A DNA stretch of 64,000 nucleotides, from positions 32,001 to 96,000 of the forward strand of contig OZ241841.1 of assembly GCA_965202665.1 (NCBI GenBank), read 5' to 3'. Below are positions 27,520-36,903 of the stretch, in pieces. The position numbers and the translations under genes were made by a program. The notes under the pieces are model-generated. The model was not told the origin of the DNA. It ran no database searches and worked only from the letters and a program-made list of their open reading frames with translations. This DNA comes from Candidatus Spongiisociaceae bacterium. Lineage in GTDB: Bacteria; Actinomycetota; Acidimicrobiia; Spongiisociales; Spongiisociaceae. The stretch's first letter is position 1. Each line of letters begins with the position of its first letter.

Positions 27520-28023
27520 TCATTCGGCGGCCCGAACCCGATGATAGGCGGGGTCCAGCTGCAACGCCGCCGCCCGGCGCAGGCCCACCCAGGCGGGGAT
27601 CCCGGCTGCCTCCAGCGCCGCCAGGCCCCTCCCCCGCACCCGATGGTCGGGATCGACCGCCGCCGCGGTGACGCTGCCCACCCCGGCCGCCGTCAGGGCT
27701 TCGGCGCAGGGCGGGGTGGCTCCGTAATGGGAGCACGGCTCCAAAGTGACGAAGACGTCCGCTCCCCGGGCCGCCGGCCCCGCCATGCGGAGGGCGAGCA
27801 CTTCGGCGTGCTCCCGCCCGTATGCCTGATGCGCCCCCTCTCCCAGGATGTCTCCCGTTCGGGAGGCGATCACGCATCCCACCCGCGGGTTGGGGGCGGG
27901 ATGGTGGGCGCGGGCCAACTCCAGCGCCCGGTCCATCATTCGCTCCGCCCAGGGGAGCGGGACGGCGGGCAACCGCACGTGGTTCAGGGGCAAACCGCCG
28001 CTCATCTGATGCATGGTATCCAA
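27520..28023 (-). CDS. ribD: RibD pyrimidine deaminase domain only (no reductase domain)
   Basis: PNPRVGCV, HAEVLAL, TLEPCSHYGATPPC. The ORF stops after the deaminase domain; start uncertain. Confidence 0.85.
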   Translation of the reverse strand: MDTMHQMSGGLPLNHVRLPAVPLPWAERMMDRALELARAHHPAPNPRVGCVIASRTGDILGEGAHQAYGREHAEVLALRMAGPAARGADVFVTLEPCSHYGATPPCAEALTAAGVGSVTAAAVDPDHRVRGRGLAALEAAGIPAWVGLRRAAALQLDPAYHRVRAAE

Positions 28024-28033
28024 ACCGGCCCCC

Positions 28034-28708
28034 TTACCCGGAGGCGGCCGCCGCCGCCCGCAACTTTCTTACCGCGGCGGGCGGATCGGGGGTTCGGAAG
28101 ATGGCGGTTCCGGCCACGAACACATCGGCCCCGGCGGAGCGGGCCAACCGGATGGTGCGCGAGTCGATCCCCCCGTCTACCTGCAGGCCGGCGCCCAGCC
28201 CGCCCGCCTCTATGGCCCGCCGGGCCTCTTCCACTTTTCCCAGCACCCCGGATATGAACTCCTGTCCGCCGAAGCCGGGTTGCACCGACATCACCACCGC
28301 CAAGTCGCACAACTCCAGGCAGGGTTCCAGCACGGCGAAGGGGGTGTCCGGGCTGATCGCCGCCCCGAAATGCAATCCCTCCTCCCGGGCGCGGCGGGCG
28401 GCCGCCGCCGGGTCGGACACCGCCTCTACATGCACGCTCACCCCGTCCGCCCCCGCCTCCCGCAGCGGGCCGAAGAAAGGAACCGGGTCGACGGTCATCA
28501 GATGGCAGTCGAAGTGAAGTTTGGTTACCGCCCGCAGGGAGCGAATCACCGGAATGCCCAGCGAGATGTTGGGGACGAACCGGCCGTCCATCACGTCGAT
28601 GTGCAACATGTCCGCCTCCTCCGCCACCGCTCCCACCTCTTCGCCTAAGCGGGCGAAGTCGGCGGCGAGGATGGAGGCGGCGATGCGAACCGGGGCGGAT
28701 GTTTTCAC
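28034..28708 (-). CDS. rpe: Ribulose-phosphate 3-epimerase
   Basis: ASILAADF, HIDVMDG, DCHLM, PGFGGQ, VDGGI. GTG start at 28708. Confidence 0.95.
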   Translation of the reverse strand: MKTSAPVRIAASILAADFARLGEEVGAVAEEADMLHIDVMDGRFVPNISLGIPVIRSLRAVTKLHFDCHLMTVDPVPFFGPLREAGADGVSVHVEAVSDPAAAARRAREEGLHFGAAISPDTPFAVLEPCLELCDLAVVMSVQPGFGGQEFISGVLGKVEEARRAIEAGGLGAGLQVDGGIDSRTIRLARSAGADVFVAGTAIFRTPDPPAAVRKLRAAAAASG

Positions 28709-28740
28709 CTCCCCATCGTACCCTCCCCGCCCTCCTCCGC

Positions 28741-29982
28741 TCATCGTTGCAGCACCGCGATGAACATTCCGTCCGTGTCGGTGAGATGGGGGGCCATTAA
28801 TAACCCCTCCTCCATCCGCCGGCCCGGCAATCCTTCCGGCGGACGGGCCCCCAGGCCGGCCACCGCCCCCGTGGTTTCGGCGCTGGTGACGGTGCACACC
28901 GAATACACCAGCCGCCCGCCGGGGCGCAGCATCTCCAAGCCGGCTTCCAGCAGGCCCCGTTGCCGGGAAGCCAGCCGCCGGTAATCGTCTTCGGTGACCC
29001 GGTAGCGAATTTCCGGGCGGCGGCGCAAGGTCCCCAAGCCGGTGCAGGGGGCGTCTAGCAGCACCCGGTCAAAGGTTCCGGGGGGGAAAGGCGGGCGGCG
29101 GCCGTCGGCCAGCACCCACCATCCTCCGAATTCCGGGCCCGCCCAGCGCCGGGCCGCCCGCCGGATGCGGCGGGGATGGACATCCACCGCCGCCAGCGCC
29201 TGCGGAGCGCCCGCCCACAGGATGGCCGATTTTCCACCCGGGGCGGCCCCGATGTCCAACACCCGGTGGCCGGGGGAGGCCATCACCGCCTGCGCCGCCG
29301 CCGCCGAAGCCGGATCGATGATCAGCGCCCCGGATGGCGCGGGGGCGGTTCCCCGGGCGTAAACCCCGGCCACCGCGGTGGGAACCGCCCCGGCGGGGGG
29401 GCGGGCGCCCGCCTCCATCCAAAAAGTCATCGGAGCTTGGCGGTGGCTGGCTTCTAGAAAAGCGGCGGTTGATTCCAACCCCCACGTTTCCCGCAGGTCC
29501 GCCGTCAGCCACTGGGGGATCCCGTAGGTTGCGGACAGGGAGCGGGGCGGGGACGGTTCCCCCTGGCGTTGCAGGCGGCGCACCAGGGCGTTGACGAAGC
29601 CGACCGCCGGGCCGTGTCCGGCGGCGCGGGCCGACTCCGCCGCCGTGTCGGCCGCGGCGTGATCGGGGGTGCGGTCGAACAGCACCTCGTGGAACGCCAC
29701 CCGCAGGCAGTCCAGCAACGGCCCTTGGATGGAACCGAAAGGACGTTTGGACATGGCGGCGATGGCCCGGTCGATGCGGGCCAGGTTGCGCAACGTTCCG
29801 TACGTCAGATGACGGACCAAGCGGGCGTCGTTCTCCGGCATATCCAGTTTCCGGAGCAACGCGTTGGACCAAGCCCCCTCCCGATCCACCCTGCCCACCA
29901 AACCTGCCGCCGTCGCCCGGGCCGCCACCCCCGCTTTCAAAACGGCCTTATCGGGCATCAATTGCCAGGGGGCGGATATCAC
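28741..29982 (-). CDS. rsmB: 16S rRNA m5C methyltransferase RsmB/Sun (NusB-like N-domain)
   Basis: AAPGGKS, DAPCTGLGTLRRRPE, YSVCT. Confidence 0.88.
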   Translation of the reverse strand: MISAPWQLMPDKAVLKAGVAARATAAGLVGRVDREGAWSNALLRKLDMPENDARLVRHLTYGTLRNLARIDRAIAAMSKRPFGSIQGPLLDCLRVAFHEVLFDRTPDHAAADTAAESARAAGHGPAVGFVNALVRRLQRQGEPSPPRSLSATYGIPQWLTADLRETWGLESTAAFLEASHRQAPMTFWMEAGARPPAGAVPTAVAGVYARGTAPAPSGALIIDPASAAAAQAVMASPGHRVLDIGAAPGGKSAILWAGAPQALAAVDVHPRRIRRAARRWAGPEFGGWWVLADGRRPPFPPGTFDRVLLDAPCTGLGTLRRRPEIRYRVTEDDYRRLASRQRGLLEAGLEMLRPGGRLVYSVCTVTSAETTGAVAGLGARPPEGLPGRRMEEGLLMAPHLTDTDGMFIAVLQR

Positions 29983-30623
29983 ACCTCGGACATAACATTC
30001 GACTGCGGAACGGTCTCCATGTCATCCGGGAGGGGCGGGGCCGGCCCGGGGTTGGTTGAGGCCGGAGGACGCGGATCGGGGACGGGCGGGCGGGCGTCGG
30101 AGGGGACTCCCATTCGCCCCTTGATTTCGCTCACTTCCCTTTCCACCACCCGCACCCGGTCATCCACTACCTGCACCCGGTTATCCACCCGGCGGATTTC
30201 CTTCGTCAACGCGGACCTGGTCTTTCGGATTTGCTTCTCCAAATGGGCCCTCGTTTCTTTAATCTCGGCTTTGGTTTCCTCAAGGCCGTCCGCAATCCGC
30301 CCGATATCGTTGGCCATTCCCTGCATCTGCATCTGCAACAGGTTGAACCGGTTCTCCGCCGCCTCCCGATCAGCTGCGCGCGCTTCCTCCAACGCCGCCC
30401 GATCGGCCGCACGCACCTCCTCAGCCGCCGCCCGATCGGCCGCACGCACCTCCTCAGCCGCCGCCCGGTCAGCCGCACGCACCTCCTCAGCCGCTACCCG
30501 GTCAGCCGTACGCACCTCTTCAGCCGCCGCCCGGTCAGCGGCGCGGAAGCGCAACATCATCACCGTTAGGCCGACGAACAGACCGGCGGCCAAGGACAAG
30601 TTGTAGAGAAACTCGCCGTTCAT
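29979..30623 (-). CDS. Hypothetical membrane-anchored coiled-coil protein with 11-aa tandem repeats
   Basis: N-terminal hydrophobic helix; six RAADRAAAEEV-like units; GAAAGGGG RBS; GTGA coupling to rsmB. Confidence 0.75.
   Translation of the reverse strand: MNGEFLYNLSLAAGLFVGLTVMMLRFRAADRAAAEEVRTADRVAAEEVRAADRAAAEEVRAADRAAAEEVRAADRAALEEARAADREAAENRFNLLQMQMQGMANDIGRIADGLEETKAEIKETRAHLEKQIRKTRSALTKEIRRVDNRVQVVDDRVRVVEREVSEIKGRMGVPSDARPPVPDPRPPASTNPGPAPPLPDDMETVPQSNVMSEV
30348..30545 (-). repeat. 33-bp coding tandem repeat, about 6 units
   Basis: Repeating cgcacctcctcagccgccgcccg(a/g)tc(a/g)gccgca on the + strand. Confidence 0.9.
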
Positions 30624-30799
30624 GGCTATCCCCTTTCCTGGTAAGAGTATACACGGAAATATGAGCCCGCGTCTTGCTATATTCTTAATATATGTAAAAC
30701 GCGGACAAATTCAATACCCTTGTTTCAACAATCGGTTAGAAAACGCCAGCGGGCTTGGGCGGCGGGACGGACACTTACCGGAGGGCGGCGCTCCAGCGG

Positions 30800-31723
30800 C
30801 TATTCGAATCGGCCCGGATCGCCTTTCACGCCTCTCCACCATGCGGCGGCCGGCATGGGACGTTTGCCGGGGGGTTGCACCGTCCCCAACTGCAACGGGC
30901 GGTCGCCGGAGCCGACCATTATCCGCTCCCCCGCCGCTGCCGGGCGGCCCGGGGGAAGGGCGGGGAACTCAGAATCGGCTACGCGGGCGGTGAGGATTTT
31001 GAAGCCGGGGACGCCCCGCCAGACGGCTGCCGCCCCCGGACGGGGGTTGAAAGCCCGCACCATCCGCGCCGTCTCCGCCGCCGGGCGATGAAAGTCCAAG
31101 CGGGCCTCCCCGGATTTGATGCGGGGGGCGTAGGTGACCAGCCTCTCGTCCTGCGCGACCGCCATCGCCTCCCCGGACAATATTTTCCCCAAGTTGTCCT
31201 CCAGCAGGCGGGCGGCGCCCTCCGCCAAACGTTCGGTCAGGCCGCCGCCGGTTTCCTCCGATCCAATGGGGGTCTCCCAGGAGCAAAACACGGGCCCGGC
31301 GTCCAAGTCCTCCGTCATCGCCATCAGCGACGCCCCGGTGGTCTCATCCCCGGCCAAGATGGCCCGCTCCACGGGGGCCGCCCCCCGCCAGCGGGGCAAC
31401 AACGAAAAATGAACGTTGACCATCCCCGCCTCCGGCGTCTCCAAGATGGTTCGGGGAAGCAACAAGCCGAAGCCCGCCGTCACCGCCAGCCGCACCGGTT
31501 GCGACCGCAACGCCGCCGCGGTTGCCGCTGCGTCCTCCGCCTCCGCCACCGGCAGTCCCAGCTCCTCCGCCGCCTCCCCGACCGGGGTGGGCGAGGTTTT
31601 CCGCCCCCGTCCCCGGGCTTTGGCGGAGCGAGTAACCACCAGCCTCACCTCCCCCGTCCGATGCAGGGCCCGCAGGCAGGGCACGGCCGAGGCGGGGGTG
31701 CCCAAAAAAGCAAGGGGCGTCAC
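30800..31723 (-). CDS. fmt: Methionyl-tRNA formyltransferase
   Basis: FLGTP, NVHFSLLPRWRGAAP, LDAG. Confidence 0.95.
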   Translation of the reverse strand: MTPLAFLGTPASAVPCLRALHRTGEVRLVVTRSAKARGRGRKTSPTPVGEAAEELGLPVAEAEDAAATAAALRSQPVRLAVTAGFGLLLPRTILETPEAGMVNVHFSLLPRWRGAAPVERAILAGDETTGASLMAMTEDLDAGPVFCSWETPIGSEETGGGLTERLAEGAARLLEDNLGKILSGEAMAVAQDERLVTYAPRIKSGEARLDFHRPAAETARMVRAFNPRPGAAAVWRGVPGFKILTARVADSEFPALPPGRPAAAGERIMVGSGDRPLQLGTVQPPGKRPMPAAAWWRGVKGDPGRFE

Positions 31724-32217
31724 TGGTGCGGCCCTATCACCGCTCCGCGCAACTCCCGCAGAACCGCCTTCCGGAGGCGCCTGTCCAGCCGTTCCACCAA
31801 CAACGTCCCGTTCAGGTGATCCAGTTCATGTTGCAGCACCCGTCCCAGCAATTCGTCTCCGGCGAACTCCAGGGGCTTCCCCTCCAGGTCGCATCCGGCC
31901 ATTTTCACCCATCCCGGCCGGACGATCGGCCACGAGCGATCCGGCACCGACAGGCACCCTTCCTCGAACTCCCAGGAATCGGAGGTTTCCATCAACCGCG
32001 GGTTGACCAGAACCTGCGGCCCTTCGCCGGCGTCGAACACGAATATCCGCTTGGAAACTCCGATCTGGGGGGCGGCCAGACCTACGCCCGGGGCGTCGTA
32101 CATCGTCTCCAACATATCGTCTGCCAACCGGTACAACGCCCGGTCGAACTCCTCCACCGGCTGGGCCGGGATGCGCAACACCGCATCTCCGAAGGTGCGG
32201 ATGGGAAAAATGGCCAT
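31720..32217 (-). CDS. def: Peptide deformylase
   Basis: GVGLAAPQIG, EGCLSVP, QHELDH. Confidence 0.97.
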   Translation of the reverse strand: MAIFPIRTFGDAVLRIPAQPVEEFDRALYRLADDMLETMYDAPGVGLAAPQIGVSKRIFVFDAGEGPQVLVNPRLMETSDSWEFEEGCLSVPDRSWPIVRPGWVKMAGCDLEGKPLEFAGDELLGRVLQHELDHLNGTLLVERLDRRLRKAVLRELRGAVIGPHQ

Positions 32218-32338
32218 TTATCGTTCACAGGGACTCGCGGGCGATCTGCGGCGGGGATGCGCCGTTACGCGCCTTGCGTTTCCAACCCCGTCCCGCGGGC
32301 GGAATCTTACAGAACCGCCGGCGGGCATGTTGGGAAAT

Positions 32339-34162
32339 CTAGAGATGGCGGGGATCGACGTCGGCCCGTACCCGCCCGCCCGCTTCGCGTATTCGGGCGA
32401 TGACCGGCCGCAGCCGTTCCCGGAGCGGGTCCAGGTTCGTCCCTTGCAACAGCCAACGGACTCCGCCGTCCGCCTCCTCCGCCGGGCCGTGCGCCGCCGC
32501 CCCCGCCGGGAGGTCCCGCATGGCCTCCTCCAGCGGGGAGTAATCCGCGGCGCCGCCCGCCCGCAACAGGATCATCTCCCTCGCCGGGGGCAGTCCCAGC
32601 CGTCGGCGGAGGGCCAGTTCCTCCTCCAAGAAGACGGCCGGATCCCCCTTCTGCAACGCCCGGAACACCGGGTGTTGCGGGTCGGCGGTCTGGATTATCA
32701 TCCGCCGTCCCCGCCGCCCTCCCAGGCTGCCCGCCACCCGGGCCAACAGGAGCAGCGCCTCCTCCGCCGCCCGGTAGTCGGGACGGCGCACCAGGCCGTC
32801 GGCGTCCACCACCACCGCCAGGCGCACCGGCGGCAACTCCGGCAGGTCGCGTTCCGTTCCCACCAACACCGTCCGCCCCGAATCCGCCTCCCCCGCCGCG
32901 CCGCCGCCCAGCTTGCGGGACAGTTCCTCCAACACCCGGCCCGTCCCCGCCCCCAGCGGCTCAAACCGTTTCCCGCCGCAGGCCGGGCATCCGCCCAGCT
33001 CCGCACCGCATCGCGGGCAATGGCCCCCCGGATCGGGCCGGGAGCCGCATTCCGGGCAGATGCGCAAACTCCGGCAAGACGCGCAACGGGCGGCGGGCGA
33101 GTAACCGCGCCGGTGGCAGAACACCAGCGCCGGGCCGCCCGCGTCGACCGCCGCCCGGATGGCGATGCGGGCCCGTTCGGTGATCACCCCTCCGCCGGGC
33201 GGCTCCCCCCGCCGGTCCGCCGTTTCCACCGGCGGCCACCGTCTTCCCCGAACCGGCGCCTCCTCCTCCCCGGCCGCCCGGGACTCCAGGGCGGGGACCG
33301 GCCCCGCCGACAGCGCCGGGAAACCCTCCATCCGGGCCCGCAATCGGATGTGGAAGCCGGCGGCCACGGTGGGAGTGCGCCGCTCCTTCATGCCCGGACG
33401 CCCCTCGTCCACCAGCACCGCCATCGCCAGATCCCGCACCGGCCACCACATGGCCCGCAACGTTCCCACCACCGCCAAACCCGGCTGGGCGGCCGCCCGC
33501 GACCATATTTCGGTCAGGGCGGCGGCGTCCCCGGCCGCCTCCGCCACCCGCCGCCCCAAGTCGCGGCGCAACTCATGGGCCAGCTGAGCCGCTTCCGCCG
33601 CGGTGGGGGCTATCACCATCACCGACTTGCCTTTTTGCAAAGGGGCGGTGACCGCCCCGCGGATCAGCCCCGCCCTGTCCCCCGCGGTAGGCAGGTGCAT
33701 AACCGGGCCGGGCCGCCCCGCCGCCGCCAGCCTGCTCACCTCCGGCGCCGGGCTGTCGGCGGGGGGGATGGAGGGAAGATGCAACCGGCGGGGCGGGCGG
33801 GGGAGATTGGGGGGGGCGGCGCGGCCCAAGACGGCCGACAGGGGGGCCAGGTAATGGCGGGCCGTCTCCCGCAGGGCGGGCAGCATCTCCGGGGTGAAAA
33901 CCGGCTGTCCCCCCAAAACGGCGGCCACTTCTTTCAGAGGGGGGGATGCGGGAAACAGGGAGTCGCGGTCCAGGGGGGGTTCGCACCCCGTTTCCACTAC
34001 GAAACCGCGGGTGGTCCGCCCCCCCAGAGGAACCCGCACCAGCGACCCCACCTCCACCCGGTCGGCCAGCGGCGGGGGGAGGCGGTAGAGGTAGCCTTCG
34101 TCGACCGCGAAGGCGGAAATGTCGGGAACGACGCGGACCGCCGGAGCGGAGTCCGGGCTCAG
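32339..34162 (-). CDS. priA: Primosomal protein N' (PriA) with degenerate helicase motifs
   Basis: N-terminal G.LVRVPLG.R...G.V, RRGY, four CxxC, VLVGTE, IIQT, LPP, DVDP. Follows metK. CTG start inferred. Confidence 0.85.
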   Translation of the reverse strand: MSPDSAPAVRVVPDISAFAVDEGYLYRLPPPLADRVEVGSLVRVPLGGRTTRGFVVETGCEPPLDRDSLFPASPPLKEVAAVLGGQPVFTPEMLPALRETARHYLAPLSAVLGRAAPPNLPRPPRRLHLPSIPPADSPAPEVSRLAAAGRPGPVMHLPTAGDRAGLIRGAVTAPLQKGKSVMVIAPTAAEAAQLAHELRRDLGRRVAEAAGDAAALTEIWSRAAAQPGLAVVGTLRAMWWPVRDLAMAVLVDEGRPGMKERRTPTVAAGFHIRLRARMEGFPALSAGPVPALESRAAGEEEAPVRGRRWPPVETADRRGEPPGGGVITERARIAIRAAVDAGGPALVFCHRRGYSPAARCASCRSLRICPECGSRPDPGGHCPRCGAELGGCPACGGKRFEPLGAGTGRVLEELSRKLGGGAAGEADSGRTVLVGTERDLPELPPVRLAVVVDADGLVRRPDYRAAEEALLLLARVAGSLGGRRGRRMIIQTADPQHPVFRALQKGDPAVFLEEELALRRRLGLPPAREMILLRAGGAADYSPLEEAMRDLPAGAAAHGPAEEADGGVRWLLQGTNLDPLRERLRPVIARIREAGGRVRADVDPRHL

Positions 34163-35325
34163 CCCGCCTCCCGGCGCAACGCGGCGGCCTGGTCGGTGGC
34201 CTCCCAGGGGAACTCCGGGCGGCCGAAGTGGCCGTAGCTGGAGGTGGGGGTGTAGATGGGGTTGCGCAATCCGAGACAGTCCAGCATCCGCTTGGGCCGA
34301 AAATCGAAGCATTCCCCCACCAGATTCAGCAACCGGTCCGGGTCCATCTGCGCGGTTCCGAATGTTTCTACGTTGAGGGAGAAGGGCCGGGCTTTGCCTA
34401 TGGCGTAGGAAACGGCGATTTCGCAGGCTTCCGCCAGCTCGGCGGCTACCACGTTTTTGGCTACGTAGCGGGCGAAGTAGGCCGCGGAGCGGTCCACTTT
34501 GGAGGGGTCTTTGCCGGAGAAGGCCCCTCCGCCGTGCCGGGCGTAACCGCCGTAGGTGTCCACGATGATTTTGCGTCCGGTCAGCCCGGCGTCGGCCCCC
34601 GGACCTCCTATTACGAAACTGCCGGACGGGTTGACCAGCAACTTGGTGCGTTCGTCGAGCCAACCCTCCCCGCAATGCTCCACCACATGGGCCCGCAAGT
34701 CTTCTTCCATCTGCGATTTGTCGACTCCCGAGGCGTGGTGGGCGGAGATGAGCACCCGGGGGACGGTTACGGGGCGGCCGTTCTCGTATTGCACCGTCAC
34801 CTGGGTTTTTCCGTCCGGATGCAGATAGGGAAGGTCGCCGTTTTTGCGGACTTGCGCCAAGCGTCGCGCCAGCTGGTGGGCCAGGGCGATGGGCAGGGGC
34901 ATAAGATGTTCGCTTTCCCGGTTGGCGTACCCGAACATGAGCCCCTGGTCGCCCGCCCCTTCCCGGTCGTTCGGATCGTCGGAGAGCCCTTGGCGCGCCT
35001 CCAATGATTCGTTCACGCCCCCGGCGATGTCGGCACTCTGCTTGTTGAGCAAAACCTCCACTTCCACCTCGTCGGCCGCAAATCCGATGTCCGGGTCCAC
35101 GTAACCGATGTCGCGGATGGCGGCGCGGGCCACCGATTCAAAGTCGTGGGACGGGTCGGACACTTCCCCGGCCAGTATCACCTTGTGGTTGGATACCAAT
35201 GTTTCGCAGGCCACCCGGGCCCCCTCGTCGGCTTGCAACATGGCGTCCAAAACGGCGTCGGAAATGCGGTCGGCCACCTTGTCCGGATGGCCTTCGGTGA
35301 CGGATTCGCTGGTGAAAAGTTTCAT
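34159..35325 (-). CDS. metK: S-adenosylmethionine synthetase
   Basis: FTSESVTEGHPDK, GAGDQG, GGGAFSGKD. Confidence 0.97.
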   Translation of the reverse strand: MKLFTSESVTEGHPDKVADRISDAVLDAMLQADEGARVACETLVSNHKVILAGEVSDPSHDFESVARAAIRDIGYVDPDIGFAADEVEVEVLLNKQSADIAGGVNESLEARQGLSDDPNDREGAGDQGLMFGYANRESEHLMPLPIALAHQLARRLAQVRKNGDLPYLHPDGKTQVTVQYENGRPVTVPRVLISAHHASGVDKSQMEEDLRAHVVEHCGEGWLDERTKLLVNPSGSFVIGGPGADAGLTGRKIIVDTYGGYARHGGGAFSGKDPSKVDRSAAYFARYVAKNVVAAELAEACEIAVSYAIGKARPFSLNVETFGTAQMDPDRLLNLVGECFDFRPKRMLDCLGLRNPIYTPTSSYGHFGRPEFPWEATDQAAALRREAG

Positions 35326-35377
35326 ATCGGGCAAGTTTACAGCAACACTGCGACAGATTGCCGGGACGGCGCCGGGG

Positions 35378-36571
35378 CTAGCGGTTGCGCAGTTCCGCCA
35401 CCCGCCTCCAGATAGCGGCCGCCACCTCCCGTTTGCGCATCAACGGCAACGTCTCCACATCGCCTGCGGGGGTGATGAAACGCACCGCGTTGTCATCGGA
35501 ACCGAAGCCGCTGCCCGGAGCCGCCACGTCGTTGGCCACCAGCAGGTCCACCCCGTAGGAGGCCGCCTTGCGCACCGCCCTGTCAAACCCGCCCACTTCG
35601 GCCGCGAAACCCACCAACGTCGTCCCCTCCGCGACCCGCTCCGCCAGCCCGGCCAAAACGTTGGGGGTGGCTTCCAGCGTGATGGAGGGCGGGCCCGAGG
35701 CCCGGTCCAGTTTGCGGTCTACGGCATGGGCGGGGCGGAAGTCGGCCACCGCCGCCGCCAGCACCGCCGCGTCCAGTTCCCCGGCCCGGGACCAGGCCGC
35801 CTCCGCCATCTCCGCCGCGCTTTCCACCTCCACGATTTCCATGTCGGCGGAGGCCGGGGGCGGAGCGGCGGTTACCAGAATCACCCGCGCTCCCCGGCGG
35901 GCGGCTTCCCCGGCCAACTCATGTCCCATTTTGCCCGAAGAGCGGTTGCCCAGGTAGCGCACCGCGTCCAGGGCCTCCCGGGTGCCGCCCGCGGTGACCA
36001 AGACCGTCATGCCCGCCAGGGAGCGATCGAAGGACTCCGCCACCGCGGCCAGTATCTCCTCCGGTTCGGCCATCCGCCCCATCCCGCGGTCGCCGCCCGC
36101 CAAATCCCCTTCCGCCGGGCCCACCAGGCGGCGGCCGTCTTCTATGAGCCGGGATACGTTGCGCCGGGTGGAGGGTTGCTCCCACATTTCGACGTGCATG
36201 GCCGGGGCCAGCACCACCGGCCCGGCGAAGGCGGACACTACCGAGGTGAGGGCGTCGTCGGCCAGGCCGTGGGCGATTTTGGCCAGCAGGTTGGCGGTGG
36301 CGGGGGCTACCGCTACCGCCTCCGCCCAGCGGGCCAGTTCGGTGTGGGGGCTGATCCGTTCGTTGCCGAACAAATCGAGCAAAACCGGGTGGCCGGTGAC
36401 CGCGGCCAAAGTGCGCTCGCCTAAAAACCGGCGGGCGGACGGGGTCATCACCGCCCGCACTTCCGCTCCCGCCTCTACCAGGCGGCGGGCCAGATAGGCC
36501 GCTTTGTATGCGGCCACTCCACCGCCCACCCCCAGTACCAGACGGCGGTCCGACAGGGCGGGTTCAGTCAG
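35378..36571 (-). CDS. coaBC: Bifunctional phosphopantothenoylcysteine decarboxylase/ligase
   Basis: LGVGGGVAAYKA, APATAN, PAMH, TAGGTRE, NRSSGKMG, GFAAE. CTG start inferred. Confidence 0.93.
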   Translation of the reverse strand: MTEPALSDRRLVLGVGGGVAAYKAAYLARRLVEAGAEVRAVMTPSARRFLGERTLAAVTGHPVLLDLFGNERISPHTELARWAEAVAVAPATANLLAKIAHGLADDALTSVVSAFAGPVVLAPAMHVEMWEQPSTRRNVSRLIEDGRRLVGPAEGDLAGGDRGMGRMAEPEEILAAVAESFDRSLAGMTVLVTAGGTREALDAVRYLGNRSSGKMGHELAGEAARRGARVILVTAAPPPASADMEIVEVESAAEMAEAAWSRAGELDAAVLAAAVADFRPAHAVDRKLDRASGPPSITLEATPNVLAGLAERVAEGTTLVGFAAEVGGFDRAVRKAASYGVDLLVANDVAAPGSGFGSDDNAVRFITPAGDVETLPLMRKREVAAAIWRRVAELRNR

Positions 36572-36851
36572 ATCCGCCCTCAGGTATTTTTAGAAAATTG
36601 GCTTCCTCTTTTTGGGGCGGGGGCGGTTCGCCCACCCGGGAAGTCAGCTTGTCCCCGGCTATCTCCTCCAAGGCGATGGTCAGGGGCTTCTGGCTCTGCG
36701 ACAGCACCTGCGGCGGGGCGTACTGGCCGATGCCGCCCCCCAGCTGGGTGTAATAGTTGTTGATATCGCGGGCCCGCCGGGCGGCTACCACCACCAGGTC
36801 GAAACGGCCGCCCACCTTGTCGACCAACTTCTCAATGGGGGGTTCGATCAT
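36564..36851 (-). CDS. rpoZ: RNA polymerase omega subunit
   Basis: PPIEKL, AARRARDI, KPLTIALEEI. Confidence 0.93.
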   Translation of the reverse strand: MIEPPIEKLVDKVGGRFDLVVVAARRARDINNYYTQLGGGIGQYAPPQVLSQSQKPLTIALEEIAGDKLTSRVGEPPPPQKEEANFLKIPEGGSD

Positions 36852-36903
36852 CGTCCTGCCTTTACCTGTCGCCTTTCTGACCTTGACTTCCCAGAACCGC
36901 CGA

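Noticed and set aside
30348-30545. Regular ~33-bp periodicity resembling a CRISPR array
   Set aside because: No unique spacers; it is an in-frame coding tandem repeat and there are no cas genes.
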